Source of the DNA: Takakia lepidozioides | Lineage: Eukaryota > Plantae > Bryophyta | Reading direction: 5' to 3' | DNA length: 12,000 nucleotides | Assembly: GCA_030704615.1 (NCBI GenBank) | Contig: JAKLZA010000207.1 | Location: 1 to 12,000 of the forward strand | In this document: positions 1 through 9,579 of the stretch, one piece after another | Layout: every line of letters begins with the position of its first letter | How positions within the stretch are numbered: the stretch's first letter is position 1 | Translations under genes and position numbers: made by a program | Notes under the pieces: generated by a model | What the model was told of the DNA's origin: nothing | Databases searched by the model: none | What the model saw: only the letters and a program-made list of their open reading frames with translations

Positions 1-804
1 AATGTCCCCATACAATGGAGAAGAGGAGCGCACTCCTCGAGGAGAATAGGTCTCTCCGATGGAGTCCACCCACGTCCAGTGGCAGCAGTTCCACCGCAAC
101 AGCATAGCAGTGCGCCTTCTTCTGCATGGGTGACCGTCGTAGCTGGGAAAATCGGAATCGAGGATGCGCAGGAGCCACGGACTCCTCAAACCAAGATCGT
201 GACCCCGCTCGAAGGCGTAGTGGCCTACGATATACTCAAAAGCCACCAATGTTTCCACAATCGAACCAGTATCTTCTGTGTAATCTGTGTACCAGATAAC
301 AATGTCTCCCGATGTGGCCGAATACATTGCATAATCGATGCCTCCAAAGGGGCAGTCGTCCCGGTTCCGGAAGCACGGCATCCTTGCAAAGGAGGACCTG
401 AGGACGACTTGGATGCCGATGACCTTGCGGACAGCTACGAAGCCCTTAGATTTTGGAAAAGATACGAAGCGGAAGAGCAGTCCGGCCTCCAAAATGGAGC
501 ATCTGGGTCACACGTCCCCACCGACGGAGGTGGAACGTGTTCATCACGCCAGCGGTGGATGAAGCCATACATCTTTCTCATCAACAAGTTATAGTTTGAG
601 ATCTGCCACCGAAGTCCATCCCCCCGGATGGAAATTCGGCGCCGCATTTACATCGAAGAGGGGATGGACTTCGTCGTGTCCAGTGGCTATCGGCCCACCT
701 GGCAGTGACTGTGCCCTGGAATGTACCTCACTTATGTATGACTGTGTTTCATTGTGTTGAATAACTCTCGGATTTGGCCCACTGTTTACAATTTGATGTC
801 TCAT
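1..804 (-). CDS. Putative cargo gene of unknown function, 5' part, runs off the left edge; disrupted between ~510 and ~600
   Basis: Minus frame 507..1 is open for 169 codons (..LFRFVSFPKSKGFVAVRKVIGIQVVLRSSFARMPCF..GDIVIWYTDYTEDTGSIVETLVAFEYIVGHYAFERG..WLLRILDSDFPSYDGHPC..) and is missing from the ORF track because it has no stop in the window. It is in the same frame as ORF 804..589 (ATG 804). Stops or frameshifts intervene. No family recognised. Confidence 0.45.
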
Positions 805-885
805 TTCTACAATTTGTCTGTCTGGTTGAATAAAGCAGAGTAACCGGTATGTGAGTCATGTGTCAAGAATATACCAGAGTAACGC

Positions 886-1114
886 CATGTCGGACATTGA
901 AATGCGGCACCGCATTTCCATGTCGGCATCGAAATGCGGCGCCGCATTTCCATGTCGGGATCGAAATGCGGTGCCGCATTTCCATGTCCGCATCGAAATG
1001 CGGCACAGCATTTCCATGTCGGACATCGAAATGCGGCACCGCATTTCCATGTCGGACATCGAAATTCGGCACCGCATTTCCATGTGGGACAAGAAAATGC
1101 GGTGCATCATTTCC
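886..1114. repeat. Tandem array of 7 units, 32-33 bp each: ATGTCGGACATC-GAAATGCGGYRCCGCATTTCC
   Basis: Palindrome cores start at 899, 931, 963, 995, 1028, 1061 and ~1094. The linker ATGTC-G-GACAT is itself an inverted repeat. Confidence 0.95.
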
Positions 1115-1174
1115 GTCCAGGTACACGAAATACCAACACGGGTCTATAAATTGATCAGAAAACGAGGTTGGCAT

Positions 1175-1709
1175 GGCAAATGTGGCGACGCATTTCCAGC
1201 TTGGCAATGGAAACTTCTTTTTGGACAAGGGAATGCGGTGCCGCATTTCCGTCCAACACTTCGAAAAGTGCACCTATTTCCGACTTGCGCGATGGAATGC
1301 GTTACCGCATTTCCGAGAGAGGGTCTGCAAATTGACAAATTGCGATGTCCGTTCTGGAAATGCGGCGCCGCATTTCCATGTCCGTCATCGACTTTTTTTT
1401 ACAATGGAATGCGGTGCCAGTTTTTGCTGATGGGTCTGCAGTTCGAACAACCACCATCCCCAATATGGAAATGCGGCACCGCATTTCCAATCCCGCCATG
1501 TCGGCCTCCTTGTTCGACCTCCTTGTTCGACCTCTGTAAGCGTGGTGGCATCCATGCAATGAGCGGGAGAGGCCAAAACTGGCGTGTGGACAAAGGAAAT
1601 TTTGGAAATGCGGCACCGCATTCCCAATTAAGATTACTTTTTACTATGCCAACATTGAAATGGAAAAATTAGTCCCTCCCCTGTTTTGGAAATGCGGTGC
1701 CGCATTTCC
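1175..1709. repeat. Dispersed cluster of about 8 further copies of the 22-bp palindrome GGAAATGCGGYRCCGCATTTCC
   Basis: Copies at ~1175, 1229, 1293, 1356, 1406 (degenerate), 1467, 1604 and 1688, with unrelated linkers. Confidence 0.92.
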
Positions 1710-1897
1710 AAAAGAGGTTCTTAGAGTTGCCAAAATTTTGGAAATGCCCTGACCCATTTCTGATTTTGGGAGCGTCCTGGTTTGGGCGATTGTGTGGCTG
1801 GAATGCACACTCGAGAGGGGTCACGAATGTCGGGCAGAATTTTCTTTATATACTCTGGAAGAGAATTTACATTTACAGAGACTTCATTAAAATTCTA

Positions 1898-4800
1898 TTA
1901 ATCTTGAAAATCATCGGAATCCTCATCCTGTTCTAGACTGTCCTGCTCCTCCTCCACCCCCTCAGTGCCTCTCTCATCTCCAGCGGACTGCTCGTTGGCC
2001 AGGCTTTCGAAAATCCCATCTTCCCCTTGCGGAACTGTCCATCTCACCTCCGTTGGGTCGTCTTCCTCCCTGTCTGCGTCGCTCTCATCCGCTGAATCAC
2101 ATATGTACTTTCGTACCCGTCTACCTATCTGAGCTGCTGCCAACTCTTTCCTTATCCTTCTGTCCTCCCTAGCCCTCTCCAAAATCTGCTCTACTTTACT
2201 GGGATTCTCACTTCTTCTAATCGCTGTATTTGCGAGTTTAGCTGCATAACTAGGAAGGGAGTAGTCCCTCACCGGGCTCGTCATGAAGTCGGCCCTCGCA
2301 AAGAACGGGACATTCTTCCTGGCAGGAAGTGTAGGCCCTACATGTTTCGACCCGGACCCTGCAATCCTGCACATGACAATCATCAACGAGACTAATGAGA
2401 ACCACAGTCGTGAAATTCCTTTGACATAAATGACCCAGAAGGCTTTGCAAACTTACAATGTTTGCACTCACTCGTATTCCGGGTTCTCCTCTGCATCAAT
2501 GTCCACTGTGTCTTCCTCGGACTCCGACGAATCCGAGGAGACTTCCGCTCTGTCGGGACCCTTCACATTCCGTTGCAGCCCCTCCAGATGGGATCCCCAC
2601 ACGGATGAATCCTCCTCGTAGGCAAAGAGGTGCCGGTCGGAAAACCGCCCAGCCCACATTGAGGCACCTGTTACAATGCCATCCACACATTACCACATGG
2701 CGCTTCAGATGTTGCGAACTACATCCTAACGAGAATTTGCAGAACAGCAGAGATCAAGATTCTGCATACCTGTCCCACAGATGAGGTCCAGCACTGTGCC
2801 CTCCACGTCTGTGCATGTCTCCATAATTGTCTGAATGAAGGCAGGGCTCCGAGTCCGTGAGTACCGCAGGGGTTCCGTTGAAGTGAGGCTATGAGGGAGA
2901 AGTTCCTTGGGAACGTTGTTGAACAGAACGTCGTAATCGAGTGGGTCGCAGTTCGGGTCAACCTTTCCTCCCTCCTTCCGGAAAGCAAAGGTGGAGTTTT
3001 CCTTCACAAAGCAGTATGCATCGAACTGCTTCGTCTGCATACACAGGGGGAAAACGATTAGAAACCGAATGGGCACCGCATTTGAAAGCACCCAAGCAAA
3101 TGAATGGACGAGTGCCAGTGTCGTAATCACCTTCTTCCCTTCCGACCGAAGGCCCAGTGTGTTGATGCACGTCCACTTCTTTTTCAGAATCGGGACGGCG
3201 CTCTTGCGGGTCCACTTCGCAATTCCTGTCTGAGTGTTTTTTCCTCTGCTCGCCAGGACAACCACACAGCCTCTGTCGTCCAACACCATGCGGGCAAGCC
3301 CGAATCCTTTCTTCCAAAAGTCCTCCGAGTACCTGTTCCAAGATGGCAAAGCTTGCAGTCCTTCCACAGGCTCTCCGTCCGGAATATCCAAGATGATCAT
3401 ATCGCAAGACCACTCGGTGGCATTTCCGCCCCTCCTACAATCCTTGTCTGCACACACCCTCTCAAAGAACGAGACCATATTCTGAAATCCTGGGGTGTCG
3501 GAAGGCTCTTCGGCAGTCGCCTTCTTCAGTGCTCTGCCCTTCAGACCCTCCATGGTCTTCATGTATGCCAACTTGGCTGCCCGTCCATCCAAAGCCGCCA
3601 AGAAACTCTCATTTACACACTGGACTACAGTTTCGGGAGCCACTTTCGGCCTCTTCATTTCCACCGGCTCGAAAGGGTGCCCCCCTGGGGGGTTGAAGAG
3701 TGCCTTCTTTGCCGAGCCAGTTCTCGTGCCTCTGGTGACAACGGTGGGCACAGGGGAGGCAGCCTGCGTTTGGGGGGGTGGGCTGGTTGCAAAGTCTCCA
3801 TCGGAGTCCTCTTCCTCACCCTCTTCCTGAACAGGCTGTTTCTGCTTCTTCGTTTTGGCGGGTGTCACAACAGCTGCTCCTTGCTGGCGAGTCCTCTTCT
3901 TCGACCCCTTCTGTTGGGCCTGCACAGCTGCATCCACCGTCTTTTGTGCCATCTCAGCTGCCTTTCTGGATTCTTCCAGAGCAGCAGATTCCTTTGCCGA
4001 CTTTGGCCCAGCAGGGACACGTCTTTCCTTTCTCTTCTCTTCTGCCAAGGCGTGCAGATCTTTCTCAGACTCGTCAACAATACCGCCAGACATGTCCAGG
4101 TACCACGGGCATCCAACGAGATGCGCGGGATGCCATTGTTTCTGCATCTCGGGTGTGTAGACACAGCTTGGGCCCGCCACGGTCCAAGCCATGAAGAACG
4201 GGGGCTCTTGAGCCAGGGCCCCTGTCTGAAGGAGCACGTATTTCATATACCTGCAAGGCAGTCAGCATGCGTGAGCAAAACTTGAGACCAACCTACTGGC
4301 AGAGTGCCACCGAAAACATAAAATGCGAATGCGGTGCCGCATTTCCGAGACAAACCTCGTAACCAGGCTTCGCATACAAGGGCAGCTGTGCTTCACCTGT
4401 AAACAATTCGCATTGCAGCTTTCCCCGCTCCCTCCTGATGTGTAAACTCCACGCTCCTTCTTGCTGTCTGTAGCTCTCTGGCGAAAAGGTTGTCCTTGTA
4501 CGCACATCTGAAACGTGTCACGTAGTCTTCCAATGTCTGTGTTCCATCCCATTTGACGTACAAGCCGAACGAATTTGTGTGCATTACGACTTGCTCCTTT
4601 GCATTCGACATTACCTGCCATTCCCAAATGCATTGTCACGTAGCAGTTCAGGGAATTCATGTCAGAAAAGCAAATCTGGGGAAGTACCTTGAATTACCTG
4701 GAACCACCAAGTCATACGGTTGAGCCACACATCCACTGCAGGGTCGGAAACTTCCAGTGGAAAAGACCACATTGTCCTTATGCTCTCGGATGCATTCCAG

Positions 4801-7016
4801 ATCGACAGCCACCGTGTCTGCCATTTCCGATCCAATGTCAGTGGCTGGAAGAGAGTGGCTATTGCTAGGAAGGAAATTCAGTGCATTGAAACCTCACCTT
4901 CTCTTTCGCCTCCACACATGCCGTTGAGAGGTGATGCAGTTTCTCCAATTGCATGGTCGGCTGCATGGCCCGAGAATAGTGTTTTGCAATCTCGGGGATG
5001 AAGTCCTTTCCAAGTGCCGGATCTGCAATTGCCACCAGCTTCACAAGCTTTGACTTGTATTTGGTTCTGGACTTGACACGGCTTCCTTCAAGTGCTCAGT
5101 CAATGACTGCAACGTTTTGACCTGCCCCTCACTTTCCATGAAGAAGCGTTTGGCATGGGCCAAATCCAGCTTGATGTTTGACTGCCAACAAAAACATGCA
5201 GAAGCGTTACATTCGATTCATGTGGAAACATTACTGGAAATTGGGGAAGGATGAGCAGAGGGAAATTGGAGCACGACTTACTTCGTATATCACCTCCACC
5301 ATTCCATCCATAGTGAGACGATACCATGTCCGGTCTGTTTTTGCAACGGCTTTCTGAATGAGCTCGGCTCCAGCATTTCCGCAAACATCTGCGGATCAGT
5401 AAGACCAGTTTTCCTCACCCTGTACAGCATATGTGCCATGTGGGTATGCACGTACGCATTCTCAGTGACCCTGCAAGGCACACTCTCCAGTTCAGTACAC
5501 GGAAGCACGGAATCAAACCAGAATGGAAACCGAAATGCGGCACCGCATTTCGAATGTGCTAGGGAGGGTATGAGTATCTTACGAGTTGAGGTCCGCCATG
5601 GCATTCTTGAGGAGGGAGGAGTCTGCCGCCTTCACCTTGAGGATGACACACTCCACCATGTAATGCCAGCCAATGTGCTTGGCATGGTTCTGCTTGATGT
5701 ACTCCCACCAGGCGAGAAGTCGGTGATTCCCGTCCCACACAAAGAACATTTTTCCCGACATATGGCCGAAGTCGGGATCACCCTTCAGCGTCGCCTCGAA
5801 TTCGTGGTTGCGAGTGTGCCAGTGGGTATCCCACGTTGACAATTCATCGGCAGTGGGTCCACGGGTTTCGCCGTCCTCATTCTCTATGGAAACGTAAAAC
5901 GCTGCCGATCCCAGACGGTACCCTTCTCGAAATGCGAACTTGAGCTTATCCACATCTCCGGGAAGGGCCTGCCTGACGATGGGAAGGGAGACCATGCGAC
6001 AGAGTGGGATTCGAAGAGTCCGCTGGAATACCCTGCTGCCCAGAACTCTGCCAATGCTACTGTGTGTCTCCTCCAACATTTTATCCGCTGCACTTTTGAA
6101 ATCCTCCGGAGACATGTCTGTAGGTGCCGGTAGTGGCTGAGCAGGTGGAGCATCCTCAACTGGAGCTGCACTCTGGGGCCTGTGTGCGGGCAATTCTGCC
6201 ATTGCAGAGGCCTCCTCCGGGCCTGCTAGCTCATCGGTGGTGAGGTCTGCTGCGAACGTTCAGCGGCAGCACCCTCCTCCGGTACCAAATCGAGATCAAC
6301 GGTCGATCCCATTGCCTTCGCTGCAGCAGAGTCGCCCCAACATCTGCAGGCGGGAAATCCTCCAGGAACTGAGCTTCAGCTCGTGAAGCGTTTTGCGGGA
6401 GATTGTTCGCGCCGTCGCCCTGATTGCCTTCTGCTTCCTCATCCTTGCAGGTGAAGGTGTCTGCTGCAATAGAATCTGTCTTCTACCCTGCTGCTTCATT
6501 CGCGTTGGGGGGGGTGAATCGGCCTGAGCCGGTTCAGAAGCCAGTAGAGGGACGGGCTGCTTCTTCTTCGACTTTGCTGGAGAAGGGCCCGACCCCTGCT
6601 GGCGATTCTCCATGATCGAAGAACGCGAGTCGATCTCTGAGACTTTGAACTTGCCCTTCGAAGACGCGTCTTTGAATCGCAGAGGGCTAGGCCCGGCAGG
6701 AGTACCCGCGCTCGGGGATCGGGTGGGTGTACGTGCTGCAGCTAGCTCCTCGGACTCTTCCTGCGGCTCTTCGGATTCCTGCGATCCCTCCAGCACGTCC
6801 ACCTTTCCTGTTAGGCATGCAAACATGTTCTGCATTCAAGTCTCCTAGCATTCAGTCTAAGAATTACAGAAGCAAAATGGGGGGTTCGGTGCTCGATCAG
6901 CTGCGCGCAGCCCGATCGCATGGAGCTCTCACTGGTGGCTGGGTTGCCTGAGTGGCCTGCTGCTCGGAGATGGCAATCTCCTCCTGTAGACGCATCTGCT
7001 TCCTCCCCTTCGGCAT
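1898..7016 (-). CDS. Multi-exon gene: low-complexity N-terminus, ParB/Sulfiredoxin-like domain, helical region, N6-adenine/N4-cytosine DNA methyltransferase-like domain, acidic tail (frameshifted in this sequence)
   Basis: Hand-built exons (minus strand): 7016-6933 (tentative), ~6807-5583, 5470-5282, 5181-4898, 4817-4698, 4614-4397, 4250-3131, 3034-2770, 2667-2472, 2366-1898. All introns are GT..AG, 80-146 nt, with compatible phases except the first. Donors include GTAAGA 5582, GTAAGT 5281, GTGAGG 4897, GTAATT 4697, GTATGC 2769 and GTGAGT 2471. Single-base frameshifts are needed near 6510, 6335, 6257, 5367 and 5080, and there is a TAG at 6485-6483. Confidence 0.75.
2590..3410 (-). other. Beta-class (circularly permuted) amino-DNA-methyltransferase (N6_N4_Mtase-like) domain coding segment
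   Basis: Motif IV-like CDMIILDIPDG (DIPD 3388..3377) and LARMVLDDRGCVVV (cf. RvLkpgG) come first. They are followed by RSPAFIQTIMETCTDVEGTVLDLICGT|GASMWAGRFSDRHLFAYEED (cf. KPxxLxxxlIxxxTxxGdxVLDPFxGSGTTxxAAxxxgRxxiGxExd), which is completed only after splicing intron 2769..2668. Motif order IV then I indicates the beta class. Confidence 0.82.
3067..3084. repeat. Degenerate single palindrome copy in predicted intron 3130..3035
   Basis: GAATGGGCACCGCATTTG, a one-base-deleted version of the motif, inside a 96-nt in-frame GT..AG segment. Confidence 0.6.
4327..4346. repeat. Single palindrome copy in predicted intron 4396..4251
   Basis: GAATGCGGTGCCGCATTTCC. Confidence 0.9.
5531..5552. repeat. 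Single palindrome copy in predicted intron 5582..5471
   Basis: CGAAATGCGGCACCGCATTTCG. Confidence 0.9.
5583..6030 (-). other. ParB/Srx-like N-terminal domain coding segment
   Basis: LRIPLCRMV..VRQALPGDVDKLKFAFREGY..FYV....FFVWDGNHRLLAW..VECVIL matches the ParB/Srx pattern (IPl..l, R, l..L..si...G, vvDGxHRlxA). DGNHR is at 5734..5720. Confidence 0.8.
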
Positions 7017-7451
7017 TGGCCTACGTCCGAAGTATAATTTCCGGAGCTTGCGACGAGGTCTCCTGTCTGGTGCACGAACTCCCCCCTCTCAGGTTCGAGC
7101 ATAAGAAGAACAGAGAGAGGGAAAAGGGCAAAGAGTGCAGATGGAAAGGGCGCGAGAGGGGTGACTGAGGAGACACGACAAAAGTAGATGAAACGGCGGT
7201 GATGCACCACTTGGGTTCGAAAGGTTGGACGAAAGTGTCTCCTCGTGGAGTTTGCGTCATTACGAAATTCGAATCGTTGAGGGTACGCCCGCCGTCCGAA
7301 AATCAAACATCATTATCCAACGGTCAGGCCGCGCCGCCTCATGCCCCTTCAGTCAGATAGAGTGCCGACATGTGCAGCAATTCCGTTGCTCCACGTGTTC
7401 ACATTTCAAGGCATTTCCGTCCCAGCGTCTGATGAGTTGGAGCGAGAATGC

Positions 7452-9150
7452 GAATGCGGCGCCGCATTTCCGTTAAGTACCATCACGAAGCTACACATCC
7501 GTACTTGTTGGAAGAAAATGCGGCACCGCATTTCCGTTCCACCTTCACATACCTTAGTTGTTGAACGGAAATACGGTGCCGCATTTCCGTCCCACAGCTC
7601 CATGTATGAGATTCAGAAGGGAAATGCGGCGCCGCATTTCCGTTCCCACTTCACATACGTTAGTTGATGAATGGAAATGCCGTGCCACATTTCCGTTCGG
7701 GAAAGTATAGAGGTCTCACCTGGACAGAAATGCGGTGTCGCATTTCCGGTCTGGAAAGGTTGAAGGTCTCACATGGATGGAAATGCGGCAACACATTTCC
7801 GTAGCACAGCTCCAGGCCGAATATACAAAACGGAAATGCGGCGCCGCATTTCCGTTCGAGAATGTCGGAAGGTGCGACTCGAACGGAAATGCGGTGCCGC
7901 ATTTCTGTACCCGTTGCGCACGATTTTCAGTCAGAATGGAAATGCGGTACCGCATTTCCGTTCTGTAGAGTATTAACGTCTGACGCTGGCGGAAATGCCT
8001 TCCCGCATTTTCGTTCCACAGCTCCATGCCTCACATACAAAACGGAAATGCGGTGCCGCATTTCCGTTTGGAATGTCGGATGGTGGGACTCCGACGGAAA
8101 TGCGGTACCGCATTTCAATTCCGATGTTTCAGGATATTTCATCAGAACGGAAATGCGGTGCCGCATTTCCCTTTTAAATCTAATACATTCCGTTCTGGAA
8201 TGTTGGGAGGTGCGACTCGGATGGAAATGCGCTGCCGCATTTCAGTTCCGATGGTTCACGATTTTCAGTCAGAACGGAAATGCGGTGCCGCATTTCCGTT
8301 CTGGAATGATGGTAGGTGCGACTCGGATGGAAATACGTTGCCGCATTTCAGTTCCGATGGTTCACGATTTTCAGTCAGAACGGAAATGCGGTGCCGCATT
8401 TCCGTTCTGGAATGATGGTAGGTGCGACTCGGATGGAAATACGGTGCCGCATTTCAGTTCAGATAGTTCACGATTTTCAGTCAGAACGGAAATGCGGTGC
8501 CGCATTTCCGTTCTGGATAGTGTGAATGTCTCAACGGTCGGAATTGCGCTGTATGAAGCTGTCGGAATCGCACTCGGCTCCAGGCATCAGATACAAAATG
8601 GAAATGCGGCGCCGCATTTCCTTTATGGAATGTCGAAAAGTGCGACTTTGACGGAAATGCGGTGCCGCATTTCTGTTCCCGTTGTTCATAATTCTCAATC
8701 AGAACGGAAATGCGGTACCGCATTTCCGTTCCACCTTCACATACCGTGCTTGTTGAATGAAAATGCGGTACCGCATTTCCGTTCTCGAGAGTATGAATGT
8801 CTTTTAAGGACGGAAATGTGCTGCAGCATTTCTATCCCTCAGCTCCATGCATCAGATACAAAATGGAAATGCGGCGCCGCATTCCGTTCTGGAATGTCGA
8901 AAAGTGCGACTCGGACGGAAATGCGGTGCCGCATTTCTGTTCCCGTTGTTCATAAATCTCAATCAGAACGGAAATGCGGTACCGCATTTCCGTTCCACCT
9001 TCACATACCGTGCTTGCTGGATGGAAATGCGTTACCGCATTTCCGTTCTGGAGAGTATAAAGGTTTCCCCCGGACGGAAACTCGGTGCCGCATTTCCGTC
9101 GCTCTGTTGCATGACCAAGATGCAATACGGAAATGCGGCGCCGTATTTCC
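7452..9150. repeat. Array of about 31 palindromes (GAAC-GGAAATGCGGYRCCGCATTTCC-GTTC) at a 53-bp period, with five spacer types in higher-order repeats
   Basis: Cores at 7452, 7514, 7567, 7620, 7673, 7726, 7779, 7832, 7885, 7938, 7991, 8044, 8096, 8149, 8223, 8276, 8329, 8382, 8435, 8488, 8600, 8653, 8706, 8759, 8812, 8865, 8917, 8970, 9023, 9076 and 9129. Confidence 0.97.
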
Positions 9151-9579
9151 GTCCACCAGCAATCGACAGAATCACTCGTGACGGGAAATCTGGAACCTCA
9201 ATGGGTTGCATTGTTCCGAAACAACACAATTGCGGCCAGTCTTGATGAGCACAACTTGGTTGTCTGACCGTTTTAACCAGCAGTCCTGGCACTTGTCAGT
9301 GCGAACGTTCCTGTCTGCACCGAGAATACTGCTGGATCCACCCTCAGGAGAAACTGTCAGGAGATGTTATTTCGTCGCCGAATCGGCCATCATTGTCCTA
9401 CTCACTGGCTATGGAATCAAACCTCCCACCTTCATGCATGTAGCTTGAAACAATACTTTCCACTTCAATGTGCGACTTCCAATCGTCGATGGACTCCGCA
9501 GATCCACTTAGATGGTGCCTGTGAGCCTTGGTCTGTCGCTATACTGAACCTCGCACTTGCCAACTCCGTGCGGTGTTCG

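Noticed and set aside
79-594. 171-aa plus-strand ORF
   Set aside because: GTG start and no recognisable motif. It overlaps an equally long, more protein-like minus frame (507..1). Not fully excluded.
851-1672. Overlapping ORFs with repeated MRHRIS / KCGAAF / GNAAPHF peptides (also 7341..9245, including the 439-aa ORF 7862..9181)
   Set aside because: These are translations of the stop-free palindrome in all six frames on both strands, not proteins.
2468-2471. TGA at 2470..2468 as the end of the MTase gene
   Set aside because: It overlaps a perfect GTGAGT donor at 2471 that splices in phase to the AG at 2367, continuing into ORF 2386..1898. It could still serve as an alternative end.
3104-4285. 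393-aa plus-strand ORF and other plus-strand ORFs in 2430..6950
   Set aside because: Antisense shadows of the minus-strand gene, which carries the recognisable motifs and splice signals.
2590-6030. Bacterial restriction-modification or plasmid partition locus (contamination); the core contains GGYRCC, a BanI-type site
   Set aside because: Multiple phase-compatible GT-AG introns (one splitting motif I) and a spliced MULE transposase indicate eukaryotic DNA. No endonuclease or ParA was seen, and the 6-bp match alone is uninformative.
7452-9150. CRISPR array (palindromic repeat with ~31-bp spacers)
   Set aside because: Spacers recur as five related types in higher-order repeats rather than being unique. 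There are no cas genes, the context is eukaryotic and spliced, and the same motif occurs singly in introns.
886-9150. The two arrays as terminal inverted repeats of a Foldback/MITE-like element enclosing the ParB-MTase gene
   Set aside because: The arrays share only the 22-bp core. Periods and linkers differ, no TSD was seen, and motif copies also lie outside (630) and inside introns.
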